From positions 1-60,088 of the forward strand of contig CAISPW010000267.1 of assembly GCA_903887465.1 (NCBI GenBank): a DNA stretch of 60,088 nucleotides, written 5' to 3'. Source of the DNA: an uncultured Oscillochloris sp. Its GTDB lineage: Bacteria > Chloroflexota > Chloroflexia > Chloroflexales > Chloroflexaceae. The notes beneath the pieces are model-generated. The model made no database searches and was not told where the DNA came from. It saw only the letters and a list, made by a program, of their open reading frames with translations. How positions within the stretch are numbered: position 1 is the stretch's first letter; every line of letters begins with the position of its first letter. Shown here piece after piece: positions 9,216 to 18,589 of this stretch. The position numbers and the translations under genes are program-made.

Positions 9216-9845
9216 ATGCCACGGATTACACGACGACGTACCTTATCCGCGAATACGATCTCCCCGCAGCCACGGCGGAGTTCGGGCCGCGTACTGATAG
9301 ATCTACTAAAAATAACGCTCTACGCGACGATTCTCCTGATCTTCAGCTCCACCTTGATCGCCCGATACGAGATTGAGCAGACGAGCATGGAGCCGAACTT
9401 CCACCCTGGGCAGCGGATCATCGTCAGCCAGGCTGGGCGCGCCTATGGGAGTTGGCTTAGCGGCTCGGCCTATGCCGCGCACCCGAGCTCTGCCGCCGCC
9501 ATCGGTCTCCAGCGCGAACAGATCGTCGTCTTCTACGAGACGGACGATCAGAGCGAGCCGCCGCTGATCAAGCGCCTGATCGGCCTGCCAGGCGACCTTG
9601 TCGCGATCCACGACGGCGGCGTCTTCATCAATAATCGGCGCGTCCCCGAGCCATATCTGAGCGTCCCTACCGACTGTTCGGCGTACTGCTCCCTCACCCT
9701 CGGCGCTGATGAGTACTACTTTCTGGGTGACAACCGCCCGGTGAGTCACGACTCGCGTCAGTTTGGGCCGGTTCCCGGCAACCGGGTGATTGGACGGGTT
9801 GTGATGCGATTTTGGCCCCTCGATCAACTGACCATCTTCTCTTGA
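9216..9845 (+). CDS. lepB: Signal peptidase I
   Basis: TM helix, SMEPNF (Ser), LIKRLIGLPGD (Lys) and GDNRPVSHDSR. Confidence 0.93.
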   Translation: MPRITRRRTLSANTISPQPRRSSGRVLIDLLKITLYATILLIFSSTLIARYEIEQTSMEPNFHPGQRIIVSQAGRAYGSWLSGSAYAAHPSSAAAIGLQREQIVVFYETDDQSEPPLIKRLIGLPGDLVAIHDGGVFINNRRVPEPYLSVPTDCSAYCSLTLGADEYYFLGDNRPVSHDSRQFGPVPGNRVIGRVVMRFWPLDQLTIFS

Positions 9846-9915
9846 GCGGCGGGATCGGTCGCGCCTGATCATGCGGCCGCGCGTTTGGCAATCTGCGAGT
9901 TCGCTCGCCGCTGAG

Positions 9916-10087
9916 GTGAAAATAGCCGATAGCCGATAGCCGATAGCCGATAGCCGATAGCCGATAGCCGATAGCCGATAGCCGATAGCCGATAGCCGAT
10001 AGCCGATAGCCGATAGCCGATAGCCGATAGCCGGGCATCAGCGGCCATGTTCATCTGGTGTTGTGCGGCGGAGCCGCATGGTTGTCT
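9916..10087 (+). repeat. (ATAGCCG)16 heptamer array within a dispersed element
   Basis: 16 perfect units at 9922-10033. Flanks are shared with the inverted copy at 23823-23924. Confidence 0.92.
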
Positions 10088-10303
10088 CTCGTGAAAACGA
10101 TTATCAGGTTCATGGCTCGTGTGTCAGGCACACATCAGCAGTTTACCTGAAGCCTGAGATCGCCACTCTACTGTACTATGCAGGGCGACGGGTTTGGCCT
10201 TTTGCGCAAAATAGTGGCTGCAAAAAACCGGAAAACTATTTACAAGTATCCCAGTATACATCTCCTGTTTAACGTATCTTAATGGGCTAGGACTTGAATC
10301 CTA

Positions 10304-10332
10304 TTGACAGGATTGCAAGATCATATTAATAT
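10304..10332 (+). promoter_or_regulatory. Sigma70-type promoter
   Basis: TTGACA-17 bp-TAATAT in an AT-rich stretch. Confidence 0.6.
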
Positions 10333-10628
10333 GCGTTTACCTTTGTGTGAGGGGGTGGCTCGCAATCGTAGCGAAGACACAGAGATCTGAGAGCGTATTT
10401 TTCTGTAAATACGGTAGAACGTCAGGTAGCGCAGCATCACGACACGACATCTCAGCCGCTCAGATACACCTGATATCCAACTGATACTTGCGGAGATCTA
10501 CGACCTATGTTAGACTTCCGGTATCCCAACCCTTATGCCATTGTGGTACAGAGAGACACCATGAGCGTGTTGCGGGCGAAAGCCTTGCGCTACTCGACCA
10601 CAGAGACAAGAGTGAGGTGGACTGCTCC

Positions 10629-12227
10629 ATGATTGAGCTCAACCGTAACCAGCCGCCATCGCAGCTGCGCACTGACCTGCAATCACTTCAACGCAGAGCT
10701 GCTCACCGCCGTGATCACCACAGACAAAACTTTCAGCCGTTCGCAGATCTGAGCCGCATCATTGCCTCTGCGCTCAGCTCCCCCGGTTCCTGGCTCACGA
10801 AGCTCCCGGCCCGCTTTCTGCTCCATACGGTCATTATTTTAACCGTACCCCTCGCGCTTATGCTCGGCACTCTGGTGGCCCGGCCCGCCGCTGCGCCCGA
10901 GGTGGCGCTTGCTTCCTCTCAGGATATGCTCGTCGGCATTGGGCCGATTAGCCTGGATGGGACTAGTACCTTCACCCATGTCGGCGACCCGCCCCTGGAC
11001 GATACCGAGGCGTTGCCCGTACCCCTCTCGCTGATCTCGCGCAGCGCCCTACTGGCACCGCTGATCGTCTCGGCGACGATCTCCGGTGATGTCGTGAAGC
11101 TGCGCAACGGACCCGGCATGGCCTACGATGATGTCAGCCGGATCAACGGCGGCACATCGATCGAGGTTCTCGGTCGCCACGAGGAGTGGCTACAGATCCG
11201 TCAGGCCGGTGACCCCACGCGCTACTGGGTCGCCGCCGAGCTGGTTGATATCCCCGAGGCGGTGATGTACGCCCTCGATGTGGTTCCGAGCGAGCTGATT
11301 CCGCTGCCGCCACCGCCTAAGGTAGGCGTGGTGATCGAAGAAGGTCTCAACCTGCGCGATGGCCCTGGCACAAACTACATGAGCATGGCCCGCATGGGCT
11401 CGGGGCAGGAGCTCACCCTGGTTGAGCAGTTCCAGGGCTGGTTTCTGGTCGAGTATGGGAGCCAGTACGGCTGGGTGACGCGGGACTTCCTGACTATTGT
11501 GGACGGCGTGGTTGATCGCGTGCCGGTATCCCAGACGATTCCTGACCCGAACCCGTCCCTGGTTGGCGCGGTGCTTGAGAACGCGGTGAACATGCGCAAA
11601 GGCCCCGGCTCGGCCTACGAGCGGCTCGGCTCCGTGAACGCCGGTTCCCAGGTGGCGTTGCTGGCCAAGCACAAGGACTGGTTTAAGGTTCAGCTCGACA
11701 ATGGCACCAAGGCATGGATCTTCTCCGACCTGCTGAAGATCTCACCGATGGCGGTGCGGCGCGTGCCGACGACGAGTAACTTCCCGGCGCTGCCGAGCCG
11801 CGTCACGATCACCCGGGGTTCCGACGGGGCGATTAACATCCCAGCCAGCGGTGATGTCGCCGGCTATGCGGTGCAGTTTATTGGCTATCGCTACCGCTGG
11901 GGCGGCAGTAGCCCCAGCGGCTTCGACTGCAGCGGCCTGACCAGCTATGTCTACCGGCAGTTCGGCGTGGGCCTGCCCCACAGCTCCGCCGGCCAGTTCA
12001 GCACCAGCTACGGCACAATGATCGGCAATATGGGCAGCCTCGCCCCCGGCGACCTCGTCTTCTTCGCGGGCACCGGCGGCAGCCGTGGTATCTCCCACGT
12101 GGCGATCTATATTGGCGGCGGCCAGATGGTTCACGCGATGACCCCAAGCTATGGCGTGCAGATCTCGAGCGTGTGGAGCAGCTACTGGCAGAACCACTTC
12201 GTGGGTGCCATCCGACCCTATCGCTAG
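10629..12227 (+). CDS. NlpC/P60 (C40) cell-wall peptidase with three SH3b domains
   Basis: TM helix, three LRxGPG SH3b repeats, YRWGG, GFDCSGL, PGDLVFF and HVAIY. RBS GAGGTGG before the ATG at 10629. Confidence 0.9.
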   Translation: MIELNRNQPPSQLRTDLQSLQRRAAHRRDHHRQNFQPFADLSRIIASALSSPGSWLTKLPARFLLHTVIILTVPLALMLGTLVARPAAAPEVALASSQDMLVGIGPISLDGTSTFTHVGDPPLDDTEALPVPLSLISRSALLAPLIVSATISGDVVKLRNGPGMAYDDVSRINGGTSIEVLGRHEEWLQIRQAGDPTRYWVAAELVDIPEAVMYALDVVPSELIPLPPPPKVGVVIEEGLNLRDGPGTNYMSMARMGSGQELTLVEQFQGWFLVEYGSQYGWVTRDFLTIVDGVVDRVPVSQTIPDPNPSLVGAVLENAVNMRKGPGSAYERLGSVNAGSQVALLAKHKDWFKVQLDNGTKAWIFSDLLKISPMAVRRVPTTSNFPALPSRVTITRGSDGAINIPASGDVAGYAVQFIGYRYRWGGSSPSGFDCSGLTSYVYRQFGVGLPHSSAGQFSTSYGTMIGNMGSLAPGDLVFFAGTGGSRGISHVAIYIGGGQMVHAMTPSYGVQISSVWSSYWQNHFVGAIRPYR

Positions 12228-12250
12228 ACTGCCGCTAGCACGAATATCAG

Positions 12251-12289
12251 AGGGCGGCGCGGGCGACATGTCGCTCGCGCCGCCCTTTT
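12251..12289 (+). terminator. Rho-independent terminator
   Basis: agggcggcgcgggcgac/gtcgctcgcgccgccct stem followed by a T-tract. Confidence 0.75.
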
Positions 12290-12384
12290 GTGCGCCCTTG
12301 CCCTGTCTGCCAATTGCGAGTAGAATCGACCGGCCCGCCCAACGGCGCGGGCATTGGAATGCGTACAGAGAAAGACGAGTGGAC

Positions 12385-13452
12385 ATGAAAGGTCTCGTAC
12401 TCAGCGGCGGGAAGGGCACACGCCTCCGCCCGATCACCTATACGAGCGCTAAACAGCTGGTGCCGGTGGCGAATAAGCCGGTCCTCTTCCGCGTGATCGA
12501 GGCCATCCGCGACGCGGGGATCGATGATATTGGGATTGTGATCGGCGACACCGGCGATGAGATCCGCGCCGTTGTGGGCAGCGGCAAGCGCTGGGGCATC
12601 CAGATTACCTACATCCCCCAGGATGCGCCTGCGGGCCTGGCGCACGCGGTGAAGATTAGCCGCGACTTCCTCGGCGATGACCGCTTTGTGATGTTCCTGG
12701 GCGACAACTGCATCCAGGGCGGGATCAGCCCGCTGATCCAGCAGTTCGGCCAGAGCGCGTATAACGCGCAGATCGTCCTCAAGAAGGTCTCCGACCCGCG
12801 CTCGTTTGGCGTGGCCGAACTCGATGAGGAGGGCCGGATCACACGCCTGGTAGAGAAGCCCCGCGAGCCGCGCAGCGACCTAGCCCTGGTCGGGATCTAT
12901 ATGTTCGACCGCCACATCTGGGACGCGGTCGCCGCCATCCGTCCCTCGGCCCGTGGCGAACTGGAGATCACTGATGCGATCCAGTGGCTGGTCAGCAGCG
13001 GGCTTCTGGTCTACCCCTATATCCACGAGGGCTGGTGGATCGACACCGGCAAGAAGGACGATCTGCTAGAGGCGAACCGCCTGGTGCTGGACGAGATGGC
13101 CCCGGCAGTATACGGCTATGTGGATCGCGACTCGCAACTGATCGGGAAGGTGATCATCGAGCCAGGGGCCGAGATCATCAACAGCACGATCCGTGGCCCG
13201 GCGATCATCGGCGAGAAGACGCGCATCCTCAACTCGTACGTTGGCCCATTCACGTCGATCTACCACGACTGCGTGATCGAGGACAGCGAGATCGAACACA
13301 GCATTATGCTGGAGCATAGTGCCGTGCGCGGCCTGCCGCACCGCCTGGAGGACAGCCTGATCGGGCGGAATGTTGAGGTGGCCCGCAGCCCGCTGAAGCC
13401 CAGAGCCTACCGCCTGATGCTGGGCGACAACAGCAGTGTGGGGGTACTCTAG
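12385..13452 (+). CDS. rfbA: Glucose-1-phosphate thymidylyltransferase (long form)
   Basis: Motifs LSGGKGTRLRPIT, KQLVPVANKP, LVEKP and SARGELEITDAI, with a beta-helix tail. Confidence 0.92.
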   Translation: MKGLVLSGGKGTRLRPITYTSAKQLVPVANKPVLFRVIEAIRDAGIDDIGIVIGDTGDEIRAVVGSGKRWGIQITYIPQDAPAGLAHAVKISRDFLGDDRFVMFLGDNCIQGGISPLIQQFGQSAYNAQIVLKKVSDPRSFGVAELDEEGRITRLVEKPREPRSDLALVGIYMFDRHIWDAVAAIRPSARGELEITDAIQWLVSSGLLVYPYIHEGWWIDTGKKDDLLEANRLVLDEMAPAVYGYVDRDSQLIGKVIIEPGAEIINSTIRGPAIIGEKTRILNSYVGPFTSIYHDCVIEDSEIEHSIMLEHSAVRGLPHRLEDSLIGRNVEVARSPLKPRAYRLMLGDNSSVGVL

Positions 13453-13491
13453 CGGCTCGCCATTTAGGAGATGTTCGGGATGGCTTGTCCC

Positions 13492-14307
13492 TTAGCCTCG
13501 TTTTCGGGCGACGATCACGAGCGTCCCACAGGTGAGCTCATCGCGGGTGTAGTCCGCCAACTCTGCCTCCAAGGCCGGGGTGAGCCACTGCTCGCCTTCG
13601 CGCAGGCCGCAGTAGTGGGTCAGCACCTCGAACTGCTCAGCAAAGGCGGCCAGGAACTGGCTCTTGCGCCAGCGATTGAGCGGCACCGTGAAGGGACGCC
13701 GCTGCGCCCGCAGGTGATCCCACGGCTCGGCACCGGGGGGCAGGCTGCGCAGCGGGTACTGGGTAAAGCTCACATTATGCCCACCTGAGGGACTGGTAAA
13801 AAGATGAACCCCGGCCCAGATCATCCCGCCCGGACGGAGGACTCGCTGGAGATCAGCCAGCACCGCCGGCACATCAAGGAAATGCTCGAAGGCCGCGTTC
13901 GAGATTGCCAGATCGAAACTGCGGGAGGCGAAGGGCAGGATGCCCACATTGCCGCCGATCAGGCCGTGCTGATCCATTGCCGCAGCCGGAATTCCCAACT
14001 GAAGCGCGTAGAGTCGCCGCAAGACCCTGTAGACATTGCGCTTCCAACTTATGCCCGGTCGGTTGACGAAGTCAATGCCAACAACCCGGTGACCAGCATT
14101 CCGCATCAGGGCGTACTGCGGGCGCAAGCTACCGTTCCCCACATCCAGAATATCGCGGGGCTGCGAGAGATCGAGCCACGGGGCGAGATCACGCGCACGC
14201 TGCGCCGCAGTCCCAGACTCCATCCTCGCCCGCACCCCCGCGAGCATGTGCCAGGCGTAGCGCGGGTAGTCGCTGAGTAGAGAGATCACGGGATACCTCT
14301 TAGGCAT
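13492..14307 (-). CDS. Class I SAM-dependent methyltransferase
   Basis: Motifs ILDVGNG, FDLAISNAAFEH and RVLRPGG. Confidence 0.85.
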   Translation of the reverse strand: MPKRYPVISLLSDYPRYAWHMLAGVRARMESGTAAQRARDLAPWLDLSQPRDILDVGNGSLRPQYALMRNAGHRVVGIDFVNRPGISWKRNVYRVLRRLYALQLGIPAAAMDQHGLIGGNVGILPFASRSFDLAISNAAFEHFLDVPAVLADLQRVLRPGGMIWAGVHLFTSPSGGHNVSFTQYPLRSLPPGAEPWDHLRAQRRPFTVPLNRWRKSQFLAAFAEQFEVLTHYCGLREGEQWLTPALEAELADYTRDELTCGTLVIVARKRG

Positions 14308-14317
14308 GTTTCAAACG

Positions 14318-14408
14318 AGCTTTACCGTTTAGGCAAGGTTTCAGGGGCAAGGTTTCAGGTTTCAGGTCAAGCGCAGCAGAACGTCTTGCGTGTACTCAAA
14401 CTGTAAAG
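14318..14408. repeat. Small inverted-repeat element (family C) with GTTTCAG heptamers
   Basis: Ends ctttaccgttt/aaactgtaaag resemble those of 56438-56528. Confidence 0.5.
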
Positions 14409-14490
14409 TGGCCGCGAACCTTGTCTTAGCGATCTCACGCAAAGCTGCAAAGAGCATGGGGCAGGTTTCAATTGTCGGCGTTGCGCGGCG

Positions 14491-15522
14491 CTAGAGCCGC
14501 ACAAAGCGGCGCACCAACCGTAGCACAGGGGTCGGCGTAACCACAACAGCGCAAAGCATCAGGAAGCGCACCGAGGCGATAATGCGCCAACTGTGGGCAA
14601 TGGCCCGCCCGAGGTGCCACAGACCCTGGCGGCGATTCATCTTGTGGCGCATAACGCTCAGGTGCGGCAGCGCGCCGTACCAGACCTCCTGTTCAGCGCG
14701 GGCGAGTTGGCGATCTAGGCCGGGGATCTTCGCCCAGTAGCGCTCCGTCACCGCCACATGCTCGGGCAGCCAGGCGGGGGCTTCGGCCACGGTCTTCGAC
14801 GTCGCGTGCATACGAAAGCGCGCCACCACTACTCCCAGGTAATGAACCGGGGCGACTTGGAGCAGCCGACACATCCAGTCGCGGTCGAAGACAAAGCGCA
14901 GCCCTTCGTCCAGCCCACCGACCTGCCGGTAGGTCGCCTGGGGGATGTAGGTGCCGGGCTGGCTCCAGGTGAAGCCCATCCGCCACACCTGAACCATATG
15001 TTCAAAGGTGATCCCGCGTTGTTGGAAGACCTGGGCGAAGCTTCCGTCCTGAGTAAAAAGCTCGACATCGGCCAGCAACAGGGCGCCAGGATGCGCGAGG
15101 TGGGCCAAGGCCAGACGCTCCAGCGCGCCAGACACCAAATAGTCGTCGCTATTGAGCCAGCCGATCAGATCGCCGGTAGTGCGGGTAAAACCCTTGTTGA
15201 TGGCCTCGGCCTGACCGTGGTCTTTCTCACTCACCCAGTAATCAAGCCACGGGGCGTACTTCTGGATGACCGCCACGCTCGCGTCGGTCGAACCGCCATC
15301 AATCACCAGATACTCCAGGTTGGGGTAGCCTTGGAGCAGCACTGAGCGCAGGGTTTCCTCAAGGTACGCGCCCTGGTTATACGAGGGGGTAACGATGCTG
15401 ATGCGCGGCCATGGCCGCCCGTCGGGGGTGAGGGCGGGGAGCGGCGGTGCGCCCTCTGTCCAGGGCCAACCGACTCTGCCGGGCGGGGGGGCGGGCAGAT
15501 CGCTAAGGGAGAGGTGGGGCAT
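14491..15522 (-). CDS. Glycosyltransferase family 2
   Basis: Motifs ISIVTPSYNQ, IDGGSTD and WLNSDD. Confidence 0.92.
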   Translation of the reverse strand: MPHLSLSDLPAPPPGRVGWPWTEGAPPLPALTPDGRPWPRISIVTPSYNQGAYLEETLRSVLLQGYPNLEYLVIDGGSTDASVAVIQKYAPWLDYWVSEKDHGQAEAINKGFTRTTGDLIGWLNSDDYLVSGALERLALAHLAHPGALLLADVELFTQDGSFAQVFQQRGITFEHMVQVWRMGFTWSQPGTYIPQATYRQVGGLDEGLRFVFDRDWMCRLLQVAPVHYLGVVVARFRMHATSKTVAEAPAWLPEHVAVTERYWAKIPGLDRQLARAEQEVWYGALPHLSVMRHKMNRRQGLWHLGRAIAHSWRIIASVRFLMLCAVVVTPTPVLRLVRRFVRL

Positions 15523-15524
15523 AT

Positions 15525-16622
15525 TTATGCTTGTTCCATTCTCCGATAAATTTCGATAGTTTTTTGCTGACACAGATTCCAAGTAAATGCACGTGCGCGA
15601 GCAACGCCCTTCGCAACTCGTTCCGCACGCTCATCTGTAGGAAGTGAGGCGATACGGAGCAACGTGTCTACCATAGATTCGATACTGTATGGATCAAAGT
15701 AATATGCAACGTCACCACCTACTTCAGGCATAGATGAAACATTTGAGGTCGCCACCAACGTGCCACTTGCCATGGCCTCAAGAATGGGCAGGCCAAAACC
15801 CTCGTACTCAGATGGATAGATAAGCGCATAGGCTGTGGCATAACTTGTACGCAAAAGCTCCTCGCTTGCATCTTCTACAATATGAAGGCTCTCCTGTACA
15901 TGATACTGATCAATCTGCTGTCGCTCATCTGCGCTTAGACTATTTCCTTTTGGCGAGATAATGCGTAGATTGAATTCTTGGGCTAAACCCGATTTACCAA
16001 AGGCGATAAGCAGTCGTGTAAAGTTTTTGTAGGGCAAAGAGCGATTGCCTACATACAAGAAGAACGGCTTTTCAGTTCTGACCGGGCGATCCGTGCGTGT
16101 GAGGAAAGCTTCGTTGACGCCAAGATGAATGGTCATAATCTTCGCTGGACTAATATGCGGATAGCACATGACAATATCGTGCGCTGTGCTTTCACTTATG
16201 GCAATAAGGACATCTGCTTGCTCCATGCAGCGGCGCTTCTCTGCAAGAAACCAAGGATTGCTAATGTCAAACTTTTGGAAGTATTGTGGCAACAGCTCAA
16301 GAATCATATCATACACCGTGATAATGGTTGGCTTTGCAGATCGAAATCTCCCGTAATACGCACTATGTATTACGTTGATGTTTTGGCGTGATACTATGAA
16401 GGAAGCCAGTCTATCATGAAAACGTAAAAAATTGCTACCTGGGAATCGGGGAGCCTGGATACATGTCGCATTTCCATGATCGCGCACATTAGGAGAAAAC
16501 AGTACAGCCTCAGCGCCAAAACTGGCGACAGCAGCATCAATAATTGCGTCGAAGTAGCGCGCTATACCGCGTTGGGCGCGATGCTCAGGGAGGTTGTCAT
16601 TAAGGAATATGCGGAGTGACAC
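15525..16622 (-). CDS. Glycosyltransferase family 4
   Basis: YPSEYEGFGLPILEAMASG motif. Low GC. Confidence 0.92.
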   Translation of the reverse strand: MSLRIFLNDNLPEHRAQRGIARYFDAIIDAAVASFGAEAVLFSPNVRDHGNATCIQAPRFPGSNFLRFHDRLASFIVSRQNINVIHSAYYGRFRSAKPTIITVYDMILELLPQYFQKFDISNPWFLAEKRRCMEQADVLIAISESTAHDIVMCYPHISPAKIMTIHLGVNEAFLTRTDRPVRTEKPFFLYVGNRSLPYKNFTRLLIAFGKSGLAQEFNLRIISPKGNSLSADERQQIDQYHVQESLHIVEDASEELLRTSYATAYALIYPSEYEGFGLPILEAMASGTLVATSNVSSMPEVGGDVAYYFDPYSIESMVDTLLRIASLPTDERAERVAKGVARARAFTWNLCQQKTIEIYRRMEQA

Positions 16623-16624
16623 CT

Positions 16625-17407
16625 TTACTCCAATTTTCGGCCACTAATACGAAAATAATCAGCGGCAATCAAAGATCGCCGCCGGACAACAAGATTGAGC
16701 AACGTAGATCCTGGCCCGCTTACCACCAAGCGAAAGAGAGGTGACAGGATCACCTGCTTGGTTAGGAGATGAAGATTCACCCCATTAGAGTAGAGGTGCA
16801 GATTGAGTTGTGCTGCCACCACCGACAGGGATGTACGGCTGTACAAACTCACATGCTGTCCGTGATCAAGGCCATAGTACCACCAATTCTTTAGCAATGG
16901 AGGGGGTGTGGGCGTGATATTTGTTGTGAACAAGATATTTTCCGAGAATTTCGCTATTGCTGCTATGTCTTGCATTGGATCAACAAGGTGTTCAAATACC
17001 TCGAAAGCGGTGACAAGTTCGTATTTTTGCAATTCAGAAGCGGTAACATCAAGCCCATGGGCAAAAAGATTTGCACAGAATCTGTCGTAACGATAGAAAT
17101 CAAACCCGCTATCACGTAAAAGACGAACAAACAAACCGTATCCGCCGCCGTAATCTACAAATTTAGCCGCACTCTTGAAAAATACCGAAATAACCGCCTT
17201 GGTCACCCGTGCTGTTTCTAGGTTTCTCGCAACTAAGCCTACATCGCTTGTATTGATAGCCTCAGTATAGGCTTCACCTAACCAGTAAGGAGATTCCGTC
17301 TGAATAAAACCACAATTTGGACAGCAAAAATATTGGACACTATACTTTCCCCGCACCATAGCCTGTTGAAAGGGCAGGGTTGTACTGCGACAGATATTAC
17401 ATTTCAT
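16625..17407 (-). CDS. Class I SAM-dependent methyltransferase with N-terminal zinc ribbon
   Basis: Motifs CNIC...CPNC, VDYGGGYG and FEVFEH. Confidence 0.85.
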   Translation of the reverse strand: MKCNICRSTTLPFQQAMVRGKYSVQYFCCPNCGFIQTESPYWLGEAYTEAINTSDVGLVARNLETARVTKAVISVFFKSAAKFVDYGGGYGLFVRLLRDSGFDFYRYDRFCANLFAHGLDVTASELQKYELVTAFEVFEHLVDPMQDIAAIAKFSENILFTTNITPTPPPLLKNWWYYGLDHGQHVSLYSRTSLSVVAAQLNLHLYSNGVNLHLLTKQVILSPLFRLVVSGPGSTLLNLVVRRRSLIAADYFRISGRKLE

Positions 17408-17443
17408 GATGTCATGTCCATCTATAGCAATCCTATTCAGGTC

Positions 17444-17597
17444 GTGAAGGCTGCATACCCCTTTGGCTGACGACTGAAGTCGTGCATGTAGAGCCTGCGG
17501 TTGGGCGTCGGTCTCTGCCGACGCCGTCCGCGTCGGCGGACGATCGGCCAACGGCCTCGTGTTGCGACTTCAGTCGCGAGCGACGTTGCACCTTCAT
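17444..17597. repeat. GC-rich multi-hairpin REP/MITE-like insert
   Basis: Inverted cgactgaagtcg/cgacttcagtcg, internal hairpins, and a right end cgacgttgcacc resembling family A. Confidence 0.6.
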
Positions 17598-17656
17598 AAC
17601 CCCGCTAGGATTGCTATATAGGCGGCGATCAATACGTAACAAGGTTCTCGTGAACT

Positions 17657-18589
17657 TCACCCTTGACTTATGCCCCTGAACCCAACCAGAATCTTCAAAA
17701 TACGACGTAAAAAGCTATCCGCGTAGAAAAAGAGGCGATGCACATGTGCATCGGCTTCTTCAGCACGCACGATTTCCGGTGGATGAATGACAGGCGACTC
17801 TAATGCCTCTGTTGGAATATTGGCCAGAAAACTGTTACTGGTCGTGTGGGTTGCAGTCGAACCAAAGCCAATGTTCGAGATCAAATTAACATTCGGAATG
17901 ACAGTGAGACCACCTTGTGCTATGCAAGTGAAAGCCCACTGATAGTCCCATGTGTTTATACGACCTTTATATACCTTGTCCCACGTTGTGAGCCAAAAGT
18001 TTCGCTCATCCTGGCTTTCAAAACTTGCAACTATCTGTTGACGGACTTTGGGCCAGCATGCCATACTAACATCGTAGTGTTTCCACGCTCGCCGCCACGA
18101 AGCCCATCCCCAGACATGAGCATAACGTGAGAAATAATAGCTTGCTGGTCCGTAACGCTGCCCAAACTGGAAGTTTGCCCCCCCAATATGCATCACACGC
18201 TCATTATGGCAATAACGATCAAGGAGTTCAGCGCAGTAGGGAAAGAACGTCGGATGAGGCAGGCAGTCATCTTCTAGGATGATCGCCTCTTCAACGGTGT
18301 GGAAGACCCAATCAAGCCCGCTAGAGACGCGCAGCTTGCAGCCAAGGTTCGCCTCAGAATAGTTTGTCAGTACCTCGCAGGGCCAGTCGACATTGCTTAA
18401 TATAGCACGCGTGGCTAGACACGCCTCAGCCTCATTAGGACGCTCAGGACGAGGCCCGTCAGCGATGACGAGCAACCGGGTTGGGCGGGCGTCCCGGATC
18501 GTGGCGAAGACTTGCCGTGTAGTCTCCGGTCGATTAAAGATAAAAAAAGCGACCGGTTTATCGAGCAGTCTTGAGTATGACTTTTTCAT
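17657..18589 (-). CDS. GT-A fold nucleotide-diphospho-sugar transferase (HlpA-like)
   Basis: Motifs FNRP, DGPR, NLGC, IILEDD, WGWASWRRAW and NIGFG. Confidence 0.85.
   Translation of the reverse strand: MKKSYSRLLDKPVAFFIFNRPETTRQVFATIRDARPTRLLVIADGPRPERPNEAEACLATRAILSNVDWPCEVLTNYSEANLGCKLRVSSGLDWVFHTVEEAIILEDDCLPHPTFFPYCAELLDRYCHNERVMHIGGANFQFGQRYGPASYYFSRYAHVWGWASWRRAWKHYDVSMACWPKVRQQIVASFESQDERNFWLTTWDKVYKGRINTWDYQWAFTCIAQGGLTVIPNVNLISNIGFGSTATHTTSNSFLANIPTEALESPVIHPPEIVRAEEADAHVHRLFFYADSFLRRILKILVGFRGISQG

Noticed and set aside
10333-10628. c-di-AMP (ydaO) riboswitch
   Set aside because: The paired GCTGAA/GGTGAA consensus elements are not seen. Kept only as an unknown structured leader.
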